DNA of 64,000 nucleotides, from positions 1,696,001 through 1,760,000 of the forward strand of contig CAWKMU010000003.1 in the NCBI GenBank assembly GCA_963850905.1, given 5' to 3'. Positions within the stretch are counted from its first letter, which is position 1. Each line of letters begins with the position of its first letter. The notes beneath the pieces are model-generated. The model had not been told where the DNA came from and made no database searches. It worked only from the letters and a program-made list of their open reading frames with translations. The position numbers and the translations under genes were made by a program. This stretch comes from an uncultured Gemmatimonadales bacterium (GTDB taxonomy: Bacteria > Gemmatimonadota > Gemmatimonadetes > Gemmatimonadales > Gemmatimonadaceae). This document shows positions 29,902 through 40,206 of this stretch, piece by piece.

Positions 29902-29987
29902 CTAAAGAAAGATGTACCCCCGGCCGACATGGTGGTAGCCAGCGGAGGTGGTGTGCGACGGTTCCCAGCAGTACCATAGCAGTCACC

Positions 29988-31391
29988 ATGAGCGCATCGA
30001 TATCTCCACCGACTACAACGCGCGAGCACGGCGCACCTCCAGCGGAGGGACGTCCGCCCGCCGCGACCCATCTGGTCCGGCGACTGGGACTGTGGAGCGC
30101 CACCGCCGTGCTCGTGGGTACAACGATCGGGTCGGGCATCTTCCGATCGCCGGCGGGGATCGCGAACCGGCTTCCGGGTCCGCTCCCGATGATGAGCGTC
30201 TGGGTGATCGGTGGTCTCTTCGCCCTGTGCGGCGCGTTGACGCTCGCCGAGGTCGCGGGGGCGTTGCCGGAGACGGGCGGCCTCTATGTGTTCATTCGCG
30301 AAGGATGGGGTCGACTACCCGCGTTTCTGTTCGGATGGGCCGAACTCAGCGTGATTCGCGCCGCCGCGCTCGGGGCCGTGTCCACCACCTGCGCGGAATA
30401 CGGATTCCGATTGTTTGGCTTGGATCCATCCGCGCCCGCGAACGTGGGGCCGGTGCATTACGTCGCGGCCGTGTGCATCGCCGTCGTGGCGCTATTCAAC
30501 TGTCGCGGCCTGCGGTGGGGCGCTCTGCTCCAAAACCTGACCACTGTCGCGAAGTACGGTGGTCTGGCGTTCATCGTGGTCGTTGCCCTCGGCATCGGTC
30601 TGCGGCAGACCGGAGGCCACTTCACCCCCGCGGCGCCGGCGGGCAGCTTCGGCTTTGCGGCCTTCGGACTCGCGCTCGTGAGCGCCTTGTGGGCATTCAA
30701 TGGCTGGGCCGATCTCAGTTTCGTCGCTGGCGAAGTGGAGGATCCTCGGAGGAACCTGCCACGCGCATTGATCGGCGGGACGCTGGCGGTCATTGTGATT
30801 TACCTGCTGGCAAACGTCGCCTATCTGGCGGTGCTGCCGATCGAGCAGATACGCGTTTCCAAGTTGGTCGCAGCCGACGTGGCGCAACGGGTCTTGGGGA
30901 CGCCGGGCACCGTGTTTGTCGCTGCCACGGTTGTCTTATCGACGTTCGGCACGCTGAACGGCTCGCTGCTCACGAGTCCTCGGATCTTTTTTGCAATGGC
31001 GGCCGATGGCCTGCTGGTGCGTCGAGTGGCGCGCGTGCATCCGGAGTACGGCACGCCCTATGTCGCCATTCTGCTGTCAGCGGTGCTCGGCATCTGTTTC
31101 GTGCTCTTGCGCACGTTCGAGCAACTCGCAGACACATTTGTCACCGCGATCGTGCCCTTCTACGCACTCGGTGTGGCGTCGGTCTTTATGTTGCGGCGCA
31201 AAGCGAGTTACAACCCGTCATTCCGCGTCCCGCTGTATCCGTTCGTGCCTGCGTTGTTCGTCCTTGCGACCATCTACTTGCTCGCGAACGCGCTCATCGA
31301 TCCGACGAGTCAATGGGCGACGGCGGCGGTGCTCGGCGTTGTCGTCTTGGGCATACCGCTCTACTACGTCACTGGTCGCGCGCGGCGTTAG
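29988..31391 (+). CDS. APC family amino acid permease
   Basis: TTIGSGIF, PETGGLY, LFGW, AFNGW, GEVEDPRRNLPRA. Confidence 0.94.
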   Translation: MSASISPPTTTREHGAPPAEGRPPAATHLVRRLGLWSATAVLVGTTIGSGIFRSPAGIANRLPGPLPMMSVWVIGGLFALCGALTLAEVAGALPETGGLYVFIREGWGRLPAFLFGWAELSVIRAAALGAVSTTCAEYGFRLFGLDPSAPANVGPVHYVAAVCIAVVALFNCRGLRWGALLQNLTTVAKYGGLAFIVVVALGIGLRQTGGHFTPAAPAGSFGFAAFGLALVSALWAFNGWADLSFVAGEVEDPRRNLPRALIGGTLAVIVIYLLANVAYLAVLPIEQIRVSKLVAADVAQRVLGTPGTVFVAATVVLSTFGTLNGSLLTSPRIFFAMAADGLLVRRVARVHPEYGTPYVAILLSAVLGICFVLLRTFEQLADTFVTAIVPFYALGVASVFMLRRKASYNPSFRVPLYPFVPALFVLATIYLLANALIDPTSQWATAAVLGVVVLGIPLYYVTGRARR

Positions 31392-31478
31392 GAGCGACGT
31401 GGCCCGGGGACCTCGCGGCCCGCGTCACCTGGATCCACGACTTCGTTATCATTCGCGTCGTTCTTCACAGAGAGAGGC

Positions 31479-32510
31479 ATGCTCCAACTGATCCACGCCG
31501 TCCGCAGACTCGCGGCCCTCGGCGTGCTCGGACTCACTGCGCCAGTCGCCGGGCAGACGACCAGTGCGGTGCGTCCGGCCGGTGCTGATACCGGTCACGT
31601 CACAGCGGAAGCCGGCGACAGCGCCAGCTCCGTGCACAAACACGGACCGCACCACGTGCATCGGGCACGGTTGCGTCCGCTGTTTACGGATGCGCAACTG
31701 GCGGCAATGTGGCCAGTCAAGGGGCCCGAGCCGTTGCCGGGGTCGATCCTGCCGCATACCCGCATCGTCGCGTATTACGGGAACCCGCTGTCAAAGCGTA
31801 TGGGCATTCTCGGTCAGATCCCGCCGGACTCGATGCTTGCCAGGCTGGCGAAGGAAGTCGAGAGTTATCAGGCGAGCGACAGCGCGACGCCGGTGATTCC
31901 GGCGCTCGACTTCATCGTGACCGTGGCGCAAGCCAGCTCGGGTGCGGACGGCAAGTATCGGCTCCGCATGCCGGACACGTTGATTCAACGCGTGGCTGCT
32001 TGGGCCGAGCGGGCGCATGCGTTGCTGTTCCTCGACGTGCAGATCGGCCGGAGCACCGTCAGTGATGAAATCGCTCCCATCATGAAGTACCTGCAGCAGC
32101 CGACAGTACACCTGGCGCTCGATCCGGAATTCGCGCTCCCTCCTGGCAAGGTGCCCGGACGGGTGATTGGCACGATGGACGCAGCACAGGTCAATCGAGC
32201 CATCTCAGCCCTGGCCGAGCTGGTCGACACGTACCACCTACCTCCGAAGATCCTGATCGTACACCGCTTCACGCGTCCAATGCTTCGACGCGCCGACGAG
32301 ATCCACCTCGACCCGCGAGTTCAGGTGGTCATCGACATGGATGGCTTCGGCCCGGATTGGATGAAGCGGGATTCGTATCGAGCGTACGTCGCGTCCGAGC
32401 CCGTTCAGTACACGGGATTCAAGCTGTTCTACAAGAACGACAAGCCGCTCATGACGGCGCACGACGTGCTTGGTCTCTTTCCCTCGCCCGTCTTCGTCAT
32501 GTTCCAGTAG
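31479..32510 (+). CDS. Secreted hypothetical protein
   Basis: Signal peptide; alpha/beta domain with RIVAYYGNP, LDVQIG, HLALDPEF, DGFG and GFKLFY. Confidence 0.8.
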   Translation: MLQLIHAVRRLAALGVLGLTAPVAGQTTSAVRPAGADTGHVTAEAGDSASSVHKHGPHHVHRARLRPLFTDAQLAAMWPVKGPEPLPGSILPHTRIVAYYGNPLSKRMGILGQIPPDSMLARLAKEVESYQASDSATPVIPALDFIVTVAQASSGADGKYRLRMPDTLIQRVAAWAERAHALLFLDVQIGRSTVSDEIAPIMKYLQQPTVHLALDPEFALPPGKVPGRVIGTMDAAQVNRAISALAELVDTYHLPPKILIVHRFTRPMLRRADEIHLDPRVQVVIDMDGFGPDWMKRDSYRAYVASEPVQYTGFKLFYKNDKPLMTAHDVLGLFPSPVFVMFQ

Positions 32511-32612
32511 GGCGGCTCGATCGCGCCGGATCGCCCGACCCGTTCTGGACACATGTTTCGAGTGTCATTACCGTTACACAGTCATTCACATTGCGGAGGA
32601 GACATCCCACAC

Positions 32613-33035
32613 ATGTTACGTCATCTGTCGGTGCCGTTGCTCGTCGGTGCAGTCGCGGTCGCCGCTTTCGCCTGTTCCAGCGCGACGGCGCCCGCCAACC
32701 TCACCGGCCCGTACGTCGGGACCTACACAATGGATAGCGTGACCGCATCAGCACTCGAGTCCGAGTTCAAACCGAACGGCACGCTCGACTCCGCCGACGG
32801 GGTGCACGGCACGCTCGTGCTCAAGAGCGATTCTTTCTATATCACGCTCACTGGCACCTTCCCCGGGCGTGACAGCGGGGGGTTCAGCATCAGCAGCTCG
32901 AACCAGTGGACGCTCGACGGCACGTTGTTCAGCGGCACTGGGACCGGTGCGCTGGTCGGCAATCAACTGCAGATCACGTTGACGGGAGGAGCAGCGCTCG
33001 GGAATCTGTACGGGCTGTTTACGAAGCAGCAGTAG
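32613..33035 (+). CDS. Small beta-rich lipoprotein
   Basis: GGAGGA upstream; lipobox AFAC; Gly/Thr/Ser-rich beta pattern; 3 bp upstream of the TBDR ORF. Confidence 0.75.
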   Translation: MLRHLSVPLLVGAVAVAAFACSSATAPANLTGPYVGTYTMDSVTASALESEFKPNGTLDSADGVHGTLVLKSDSFYITLTGTFPGRDSGGFSISSSNQWTLDGTLFSGTGTGALVGNQLQITLTGGAALGNLYGLFTKQQ

Positions 33036-33038
33036 GGT

Positions 33039-35261
33039 ATGCGGGTCGGTCGTTGCTGTGGGTGGGCTCCCAGTCGATGGGCGAGGGAGGTGCGGCGCCT
33101 GCGCCGTGTGAGTGCGGTGCTCGGGGGAGTGGTCGCGTCGCTGGTCGCTCTCGACCGGTCAAGACTCGACGCGCAGATCCCCTCGGGGACGGTCGAGGGC
33201 CGCGTAATCGACAGCGCGAGCGGCGCGCCGATCCCGGGCGCGAATGTGCTTGTTCCCGGGTCCTTCTGGCGGACGACCACCAACGACCGCGGTGTCTACC
33301 ATCTCCGCGGTGTTGTTCCCGGCCACTACACCGTTCGCATCGCCGTCATCGGATTTGAAAGCGTCACGGTGCCCGTTGACGTTCATGCCGACAGCACGAG
33401 CCACGCCGATGTTGGGCTGCGGAAGGCGGTCGTCGAGCTCGCGGAAGTCGCGGTCACGGCCGGGGCCGGAGCCGAGAAGCCGGGGGACACGCCCGCGAGC
33501 GAGGCCGTCATCTCGCGCAACGAGATCCTCAATCGCGACGTCCTGACGGTCGACCAGGCACTCGCCTACGTGCCTGGCGTCATCCTGAACAACACCGATA
33601 TCGACATTCGGGGCTCGACGGGCATCGCCGGCGGGAACGGGAGCCGGGTGATGGTGATGCTCGATGGCCACCCGGTGCTGTCTGGCGACGGCGAATCCGT
33701 GGATTTCAGCGAGCTCCCGCTGCTCGACGTCGACCGCATCGAAGTGGTGAAGGGTGGCTATTCCGCGCTCTACGGGAGCAACGCCCTCGGCGGGGTCGTC
33801 AACGTGATGACCACGCCGCTGGATCAGTCCTCGACGGCGATTGGACTCCATTACGGAAACTACGACGTGCCAGGGCAATACCGCTTTACGGATCACTCCC
33901 TTGGCTACGAGGGCATCGAGCTCGAACGCTCACAACGTATCAGCGACAATGTCGGCGCGCGCCTGTTTCTCGATCGAGAGTCCAACGCCGGCTACGAGCA
34001 GGATAATGGATCGAATCGCTGGCTCACCTACACCAAATTGGTGTTCAATCCGGATGGCCAGCACCCGGGCTCGTTCTACGGCATCTACAAGTGGGAAAAC
34101 GACGGCAATTTCCTGGGCTGGGAGGATCCGAACCACCCGTATCAGGTGCCGCCGAGCGAGGCCAACGATCACTCGATCGCCGCGCGCGTAAGCCTGGGTG
34201 CGACGCTGACACCGCTCGCGCGAGGGACGCAGCACGTCGACGTGAATCCGTACTTTGACTACAACCTCGATCGCGACAGCTTCCCGAGCGACACGATCAA
34301 TCCCAACAAGTATCACCGCTCCTCGCGGCTCGGGACGCGGCTGATCTGGTCGCTCCTCGCAGGATCGCGTCAGGCACTAACAGTCGGCACCAATGTCGCC
34401 GGGACGCTGGTCCAGAGCGATGAGCTGGCCAATCATACCCTCACCAATGCCGGCGTCTACGCGCAGGATCAGATAGCGATCGCGCCGCGCGTCTCCGGGA
34501 TCGCCGGGGTGCGGTACGACTGGCATGATGTCGCCGGTGGCGAGTCCGAAGGGAGCGTAAGCCCCAAAGTCGGTGTCGTCTACAAGCCGACGTCCGACCT
34601 GAGCACTCGGATCTCCGTCGGCCACGGGTACCGGGCGCCCAGCATCATCGAGCAATACACAACCGCCTACGAGGACGGCTTCAACGTCGTGGCCAACCCT
34701 TCCTTGCATGGCGAGTCGTCGTGGTCAGAGGAGATCGGGGCAACCGATCGCTTCACGCGCTGGCTCTGGACGGACGTCGCGCTCTATCAGACCGACTACT
34801 GGGGACTGATCGGCCCTCAGTTGATCGGGAACAACGACGTCGACTTTCAAAACGTCACGCGAGCCCGCATTCGCGGCATCGACGCGTCGACTCGTGCGAC
34901 GGCGATTCCCAACGTCATCGCGACGGAGATCAACTACACCTACCTGGACCCGCAGGACATCGTCAATCACCAGTGGCTGCCCTACCGATCCAGGCACAAC
35001 CTGACCGGATCGCTGGATCTCGTGGGGGGACTCTGCGGGATCGACCTGCACTATCGCAGCCGCATCGAACAGGTGTTGATCTACGCCGGCGACCCCCGCA
35101 GTGACATCACCGTGTTCGATGTCCGCGCCGGCTATCGCGTCTTCGGCACGCTGCTCCAGCTCAAGGTCATCAACCTCTTTCAGGACCAGTACGTCAACGT
35201 CGAGGAGCGCATCCCCGGGCAACCGCGGACGGTGTTCTTCTCGGCGCTGAAGTGGTTCTAG
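33039..35261 (+). CDS. TonB-dependent receptor
   Basis: N-terminal carboxypeptidase-regulatory-like domain, plug motif IEVVKGGYSALYGSNALGGVVN, RAPS, C-terminal Phe. Confidence 0.95.
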   Translation: MRVGRCCGWAPSRWAREVRRLRRVSAVLGGVVASLVALDRSRLDAQIPSGTVEGRVIDSASGAPIPGANVLVPGSFWRTTTNDRGVYHLRGVVPGHYTVRIAVIGFESVTVPVDVHADSTSHADVGLRKAVVELAEVAVTAGAGAEKPGDTPASEAVISRNEILNRDVLTVDQALAYVPGVILNNTDIDIRGSTGIAGGNGSRVMVMLDGHPVLSGDGESVDFSELPLLDVDRIEVVKGGYSALYGSNALGGVVNVMTTPLDQSSTAIGLHYGNYDVPGQYRFTDHSLGYEGIELERSQRISDNVGARLFLDRESNAGYEQDNGSNRWLTYTKLVFNPDGQHPGSFYGIYKWENDGNFLGWEDPNHPYQVPPSEANDHSIAARVSLGATLTPLARGTQHVDVNPYFDYNLDRDSFPSDTINPNKYHRSSRLGTRLIWSLLAGSRQALTVGTNVAGTLVQSDELANHTLTNAGVYAQDQIAIAPRVSGIAGVRYDWHDVAGGESEGSVSPKVGVVYKPTSDLSTRISVGHGYRAPSIIEQYTTAYEDGFNVVANPSLHGESSWSEEIGATDRFTRWLWTDVALYQTDYWGLIGPQLIGNNDVDFQNVTRARIRGIDASTRATAIPNVIATEINYTYLDPQDIVNHQWLPYRSRHNLTGSLDLVGGLCGIDLHYRSRIEQVLIYAGDPRSDITVFDVRAGYRVFGTLLQLKVINLFQDQYVNVEERIPGQPRTVFFSALKWF

Positions 35262-35396
35262 GGAACGACTGCGGGTTTGGGGTCTGGGGTCTGGGGTAGC
35301 ACAACAACACAGAAGGCCAGTCGCGCTGCGCATTGACTGGCCCTCGCGGTTTGTTCACCCCAACCCCCCAACCCCGAACCCGCTCCTTTGTCCCTA
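35259..35396. repeat. Palindrome with GGGGTCT heptamer arms between convergent genes (possible bidirectional terminator)
   Basis: 35271-35297 pairs with 35357-35383; inner stem GGCCAGTC/GACTGGCC. Confidence 0.8.
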
Positions 35397-36272
35397 AAAC
35401 ACATGCACATTCACATACTTGTTCGGATGCTTCCGCAGGTCCGCGGCGAGCGAGTCGAACTGGCTCAGCACGCGATGGAGGTCGAGGGCGAATGTGGAGT
35501 CGTTGAGCAGCTTGCCAATGCTGCCGCCACCGCTGTCGACCTTCACCAGGATCCCATCGAGGTGATCGGTCGCCCGTTCGAGGTTGCTGCTCAGGGCGGA
35601 CATGTTCGCGGTCGTCGCCTTGAGGTTCTTCACGGCCGAATCGACGGACGCGGAGTCGATGGCGCTCGTCGTCCGGTTCAGGGCGTGCATCGTCTGCGCC
35701 AGCTGGGTCGATTCGTCGGATGCGATCTTGGAGAGTTGGGTGACGAGCGAGTTGGCGCCTTCGAGCGTCTTGCGCAGATCGGCGATCCCTCCGCCCTGGA
35801 CGAGCTCCACTTGCACGGCGCGGGCGACATCCTGCAGGTGGCCACTCGCCGAGTCCGCGCGCGCCATGAGCTCCTGGATACCGGGCGGCGCTTTTCCTGC
35901 CGGGACGGTGTCGCCGGGCGCGAAGTATGACAATGAAGGCCGCGCCCGGAGCGCGACCTCGGCGTCGCCGAAGATGCCGTTCGGTTCCACGATCGCTGTC
36001 GTGCCCTCGGGCACCTTGAAGTGCTTCCCGACTCGCAACGTCACGATCAGCGTGCCGTCCTGCAGGAGATCGACATCGCCGACAAACCCGACGTTCGCGC
36101 CGGCCAGCAACACCGGTTGTCCCTGTCTGATCCCGGCACCCCACGGCAGACGGACGTACAGCGGGTAGCCGGACTGGAGGCCGCCGCGCGCGAGGTAGAT
36201 CGTTCCGACGAACAACGCGATGACGGCGAGGCTCAGCACGACGCCGACAAGCACAGTGTCGCGAGTTTTCAT
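35394..36272 (-). CDS. mlaD: MlaD/MCE family protein
   Basis: N-terminal TM, GIRQGQPVLLAGANVGFV, helical C-terminus with GSIGKLLND. Confidence 0.9.
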   Translation of the reverse strand: MKTRDTVLVGVVLSLAVIALFVGTIYLARGGLQSGYPLYVRLPWGAGIRQGQPVLLAGANVGFVGDVDLLQDGTLIVTLRVGKHFKVPEGTTAIVEPNGIFGDAEVALRARPSLSYFAPGDTVPAGKAPPGIQELMARADSASGHLQDVARAVQVELVQGGGIADLRKTLEGANSLVTQLSKIASDESTQLAQTMHALNRTTSAIDSASVDSAVKNLKATTANMSALSSNLERATDHLDGILVKVDSGGGSIGKLLNDSTFALDLHRVLSQFDSLAADLRKHPNKYVNVHVF

Positions 36273-37124
36273 GCCTGGAGGTAAGGGGCCAAGACGGCGG
36301 CCGTGAGCGCGTCGAGCACGAGGATCCAGATGGACGAGATCACGACGGCCTTCGCGGTCGATTGCCCGACCCCTTCGGCGCCAGCTCCCGTATAGTACCC
36401 CTCGTAGCTGCAGAGGAAGGAAATCGCTCCACCAAACATGATCGCTTTGAGCAGACTGTAAAAGACCTGGAACGACTTGTAGCCCAGGCGCAGACCATCG
36501 CGGAACTCGAACGTGTGTACGCCTGTGGCGAACACCGACGTGAGGTAGGCGAAGCAGATCCCGATTCGCATCCGCGTAGATGGTCAGTACCGGTAACATG
36601 ATCAGACCGGCGATGATCCGGGGAACGACGAGATACGCAACCGGGTCGTACGCGAGTGTCTCGAGAGCGTCGATCTGCTCGGTGACCCGCATGGTCCCGA
36701 TTTCCGCTGTCATCTGCGCGCCGACGCGTCCGGCGAGGACCAGTCCGGTGAGCAGCGGCCCCAGCTCGAGGATCACCATCTGCCGCGCAATCAACCCGAC
36801 GACTGAGAGCTGGATCCCAGCGAAGAGCTGGTACCGCGTCTGGAGCGCGATGACACTGCCGATGAAGGCCGCGACGAGGGACGCCAACGGCAACGAGTCG
36901 ACGCCGATCGCTCGCATCTGCTTGAGGGTTTCAGGCAGGTACGTCTTGGGCTCGGCCAGCGCCCGCAGGATCTCGCGCGCGAAGTACCCGCGGCTCCCGA
37001 CGCCCTCGAAGACGCCGAGGATCGCGGTGGCCGCGCGCTCCCACGCGGTCGTCAGGATATTGGTTCGCTGTGGAGGATCGGTGGCGTCCCCGCGCGCGCC
37101 ACCGGGCAGCGCTGATGAGGTCAC
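36269..37124 (-). CDS. mlaE: MlaE ABC permease, split by a +1 frameshift at ~36566
   Basis: LELGPLLTG and AEIGTMRVTEQIDAL in one frame; GAEGVGQST in the 36269-36571 frame. Confidence 0.9.
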
Positions 37125-38299
37125 GTGCGGACGCGAGTCAGCAGATACACGCCCGCAATCGTGAAGATCACGTTCGGAATCCAGGCCGCGAGATATGGCG
37201 GAATGAGTCCCTTGGCTCCGACGGCCTTGGTGAGCTGGATCATCATCAGGAACAGCACTGTGGTCGCCAGGCTGATCGCGATCCCGAAGGCTGCTCCGCC
37301 GCGTTGCGTGCTGGTGGCCAGCGGTGCACCGAACAGCGCAATGATGATGCACGTCACCGGCACGGCGATCTTCTGCGCGAGCTCGACTTTGAGCTCGTCC
37401 GCGTTGCCGCCCGATCGCTCCAGGGCACCGATGAAGCGGCGCAACTCACCGAATCGCATGTCTTCCGGGTTCTTGGGTGCCGCCATCAGCTCCGGCGGGG
37501 CCTCACGCAGGTGGTTGTCGTGGGCGGAATCGAATTGTAGCGTCAAGTCGTCCACGCTGTCCGGCACGACATGCAACACGCCCTGGACGAGCGTCCAGCC
37601 ATGGCCGGCGTGCCAGTTGGCGTTCTGCGCCGACAGGATGTAGGTCGGATACGCGGGCCCAACGCCGTGGCGCTCGATCTCGACCGAATTCATCGAGCCG
37701 TGCCCCGCGTCCAGCCCTCCGACTTTGTAGACCCGCCCTTCCTCGGCGGCATACGCGAAGTTGTACCGCTGGTTCCCGCCGCGGAACTGTTGCTCCTCGA
37801 GAATCTCATCGTGCTTGGCGTTCGTCACCGGCGCCAACTCTCCGATGCCCAGACCCAAAACGGCGGCCAGACAGGCCGCGAAGAACACCGGCGCAGTCCA
37901 TCGGTAGAAGCTGATGCCCGATGCTTTGGCGGCGGTGATCTCCGAGTGGCGAGTAAAGGCGCCGATGGAGAACACCGTTGCGAAGAGCACGGCGGCGGGG
38001 AGCACCAAAAACATGGAGCCCGGTACCCAGTACAGGTAACTCAGGGCGATCCGCGGCGCCGGGATGTTACGCTGGAGATACGTCTCGAGGTGGTCGGTCA
38101 GGTCGATCACGATGACCAGCACCGGAAACCCAATGGCGGTCGTGACGAAGATCTTGACCCACTCGAGGAATACGTAGGCGTCGAGCGGGCCCACGGTCAT
38201 GCGCTTGCGGGCGCTCGTCGACCGTGTCCGGGCACGTTCGGCGCGCTCGGGTGCCGATGGCGGTACCGCCACGAGGGCGCGCTCCTCGATGGCCGTCAC
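37121..38299 (-). CDS. lptG: LptF/LptG family LPS export permease (LptG-like)
   Basis: LDAYVF, LPAAVL, SEITAAKASGIS, LAAWIPN; GTGA coupling. Confidence 0.88.
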   Translation of the reverse strand: MTAIEERALVAVPPSAPERAERARTRSTSARKRMTVGPLDAYVFLEWVKIFVTTAIGFPVLVIVIDLTDHLETYLQRNIPAPRIALSYLYWVPGSMFLVLPAAVLFATVFSIGAFTRHSEITAAKASGISFYRWTAPVFFAACLAAVLGLGIGELAPVTNAKHDEILEEQQFRGGNQRYNFAYAAEEGRVYKVGGLDAGHGSMNSVEIERHGVGPAYPTYILSAQNANWHAGHGWTLVQGVLHVVPDSVDDLTLQFDSAHDNHLREAPPELMAAPKNPEDMRFGELRRFIGALERSGGNADELKVELAQKIAVPVTCIIIALFGAPLATSTQRGGAAFGIAISLATTVLFLMMIQLTKAVGAKGLIPPYLAAWIPNVIFTIAGVYLLTRVRT

Positions 38300-40068
38300 G
38301 ATGCGCGCTCCGCGGGTAGTGGACCCGGTCGCGCCCCGATCCGAACGTTCGACCACCATGCTTTGATCGCGTCCTTCAGTTCGCCGAGCTCGCCGCCGCG
38401 CGACGTGGCTCCGGCGCGGCCGACCCGCGCGAGCAATGCCACTCCGGCGGCCAGGAAGATCACATTGGATGCCCACATCGCCCAGAAAGGCGAGACCGTG
38501 CCGTTCTGCGCCAGCGGCTCGCCGGCGATGAGCCCGACATAGTAGAGGCCGAACACGGCGAAGCTCACGCCGATGACCAGGCCGACGCCGCCTCGGGGAA
38601 AGCGAAGCGCGACGGGCGCGCCGAGTAACACGAAGATCGCGCACGCCACCGAGATGGCGAACTTCTTTTGGATTTCCACATCGTACGTGGCGTTGGTCCG
38701 ACGATTGTCCTCGATCCGCGCGCGATCGGCATCGAAACTTGCGCTCAGCGTATTGAGCGTCGCGACGGCGCTGATCGGGATCACTTGCGAAATCGTCGTC
38801 GGTTTTGGTGGCGGACCGATCGCCGACGGGACGTTGGCTGGCAACAGCGGCTTAGCGGCAGCGCCAACCGCAGGCAGGCCAGCCGACGGCGCCCCAGATG
38901 ATGGCAAGCCCGCGGAAGGCGGCAGGCCCGCGGAAGGCGGCAGGCCCGCGGAAGGCGGCAAACCGGCCGACGGCCCAGCTCCGGCGCCACCCGCGGGAGG
39001 TGGCCCGGGGTTCGCGAACGGTGCTACGGCGGCAGGGCCACCCAGGCTCGCGCCCCCCAGCGTGGTGTCGGCGCGACTCGCCCGAGTCACTCTGGCGAGG
39101 AGGTCGCAATACAAGCGTCCGACGCTCGGTTTGGGCCGGAAGGGGTTGGTCGGCGCGCCTGGTGGCGCCGGCGGCGTCGCGCTCGTACCCGTCGCCGCAA
39201 TCCGCGCGGCGTTGACGAACTGAAAGCGAATCTGTTGGCGTGCCTCGGCGTCGGCACGCTCGGCGTCGGCGACGACCTGCTGCATCTCGCACACCGACAT
39301 CTCGCGCTCGCTCTTGTAGGTATCGTTGGTGGACCGGGTGAGCGTGTTGCCGACGCCCCGGACTCGTACGTGATTCACGATATAATAGATGCGCTGCAGC
39401 TCCGCGGGGTTCGCCTTCTGCACGTCCTGAATGACCCCGTGGAAGAGGTTGAGCTTCAGATCGCCGTCGGCCGTCAGCCCCATGGTGCCGCTGTCCGCGT
39501 AGATGGTCCGACGCCTCGACGCATCGCCCAGGTCGTAGATCACGACCTCCCGCATGCGGTCGGTGGCCTCATCGAGTTGACCCGCACGCAGATAGAGCTT
39601 GCCCGGCGAGACTTCGTTGATCACCTGGGCATGGAGGGCGAATGTCGGCTTTTTGCGGGCGATGTCTTCCATGAGCGTCCGCAGCTGGTGATTCGACCGG
39701 GGCAACACCTGGTCGTTGAAGGCGATCATGAACAGCGACAGGCCGGCGGCCGCAATGAGCGTCGGGATGAGGAGGCGGCTCAGCGAGACGCCGCTCGCCT
39801 TCATCGCGGTGATCTCGTTTTCCGCCGCAAGCCGGCTGAAGGCGTACAGAACGGCTACGAGCACGGCCATTGGCAACGTCATGGCGAACGTGAACGGCAC
39901 CGACAGCCCGACGAACTCGCCGATCACGCTCCACGGCAACCCCTTCCCGACGAGGTTGCCGATGTTCTTTGCGATATAGTTCAGTAGCAGAAGCGACGTG
40001 AGCGCCGTCAGGGAAAAGAGCAGCGGGCCCAAGTGCTCTCGGAGCGCGTATTTGCTGAGTATCTTCAC
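38296..40068 (-). CDS. lptF: LptF/LptG family LPS export permease (LptF-like) with a long Pro/Ala/Gly insert
   Basis: KILSKYALRE, LPMAVL, NEITAMKASGVS, EIQKKFA, AMWASN. Confidence 0.88.
   Translation of the reverse strand: MKILSKYALREHLGPLLFSLTALTSLLLLNYIAKNIGNLVGKGLPWSVIGEFVGLSVPFTFAMTLPMAVLVAVLYAFSRLAAENEITAMKASGVSLSRLLIPTLIAAAGLSLFMIAFNDQVLPRSNHQLRTLMEDIARKKPTFALHAQVINEVSPGKLYLRAGQLDEATDRMREVVIYDLGDASRRRTIYADSGTMGLTADGDLKLNLFHGVIQDVQKANPAELQRIYYIVNHVRVRGVGNTLTRSTNDTYKSEREMSVCEMQQVVADAERADAEARQQIRFQFVNAARIAATGTSATPPAPPGAPTNPFRPKPSVGRLYCDLLARVTRASRADTTLGGASLGGPAAVAPFANPGPPPAGGAGAGPSAGLPPSAGLPPSAGLPPSAGLPSSGAPSAGLPAVGAAAKPLLPANVPSAIGPPPKPTTISQVIPISAVATLNTLSASFDADRARIEDNRRTNATYDVEIQKKFAISVACAIFVLLGAPVALRFPRGGVGLVIGVSFAVFGLYYVGLIAGEPLAQNGTVSPFWAMWASNVIFLAAGVALLARVGRAGATSRGGELGELKDAIKAWWSNVRIGARPGPLPAERAS
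38903..38964. repeat. In-frame 18-bp tandem repeat (~3.4 copies) encoding GLPPSA
   Basis: GGCARGCCCGCGGAAGGC at 38903, 38921 and 38939. Confidence 0.9.
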
Positions 40069-40206
40069 GGTTTGAAATTCCGCCCTGTCAATCGTCAAAT
40101 TCAAGGCCGAAGGGCTCGCAGGGCGGGTAACAGAAGGGGCGCCATCGGCGTCCTCGACCGGACCGCCAGCGGCAACGGCAGACTGGTCGCACCCATTCAC
40201 CCGCCT

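Noticed and set aside
32511..33038. Cobalamin riboswitch or palindromic operator upstream of the TBDR
   Set aside because: No B12-box recognised; TGTCATTACCGTTACA is too weak a palindrome to call
35394..37352. 652-aa apparent MlaE-MlaD fusion ORF
   Set aside because: Produced by the +1 frameshift at ~36566; the true MlaE C-terminus is in another frame, and mlaD has its own ATGA-coupled start
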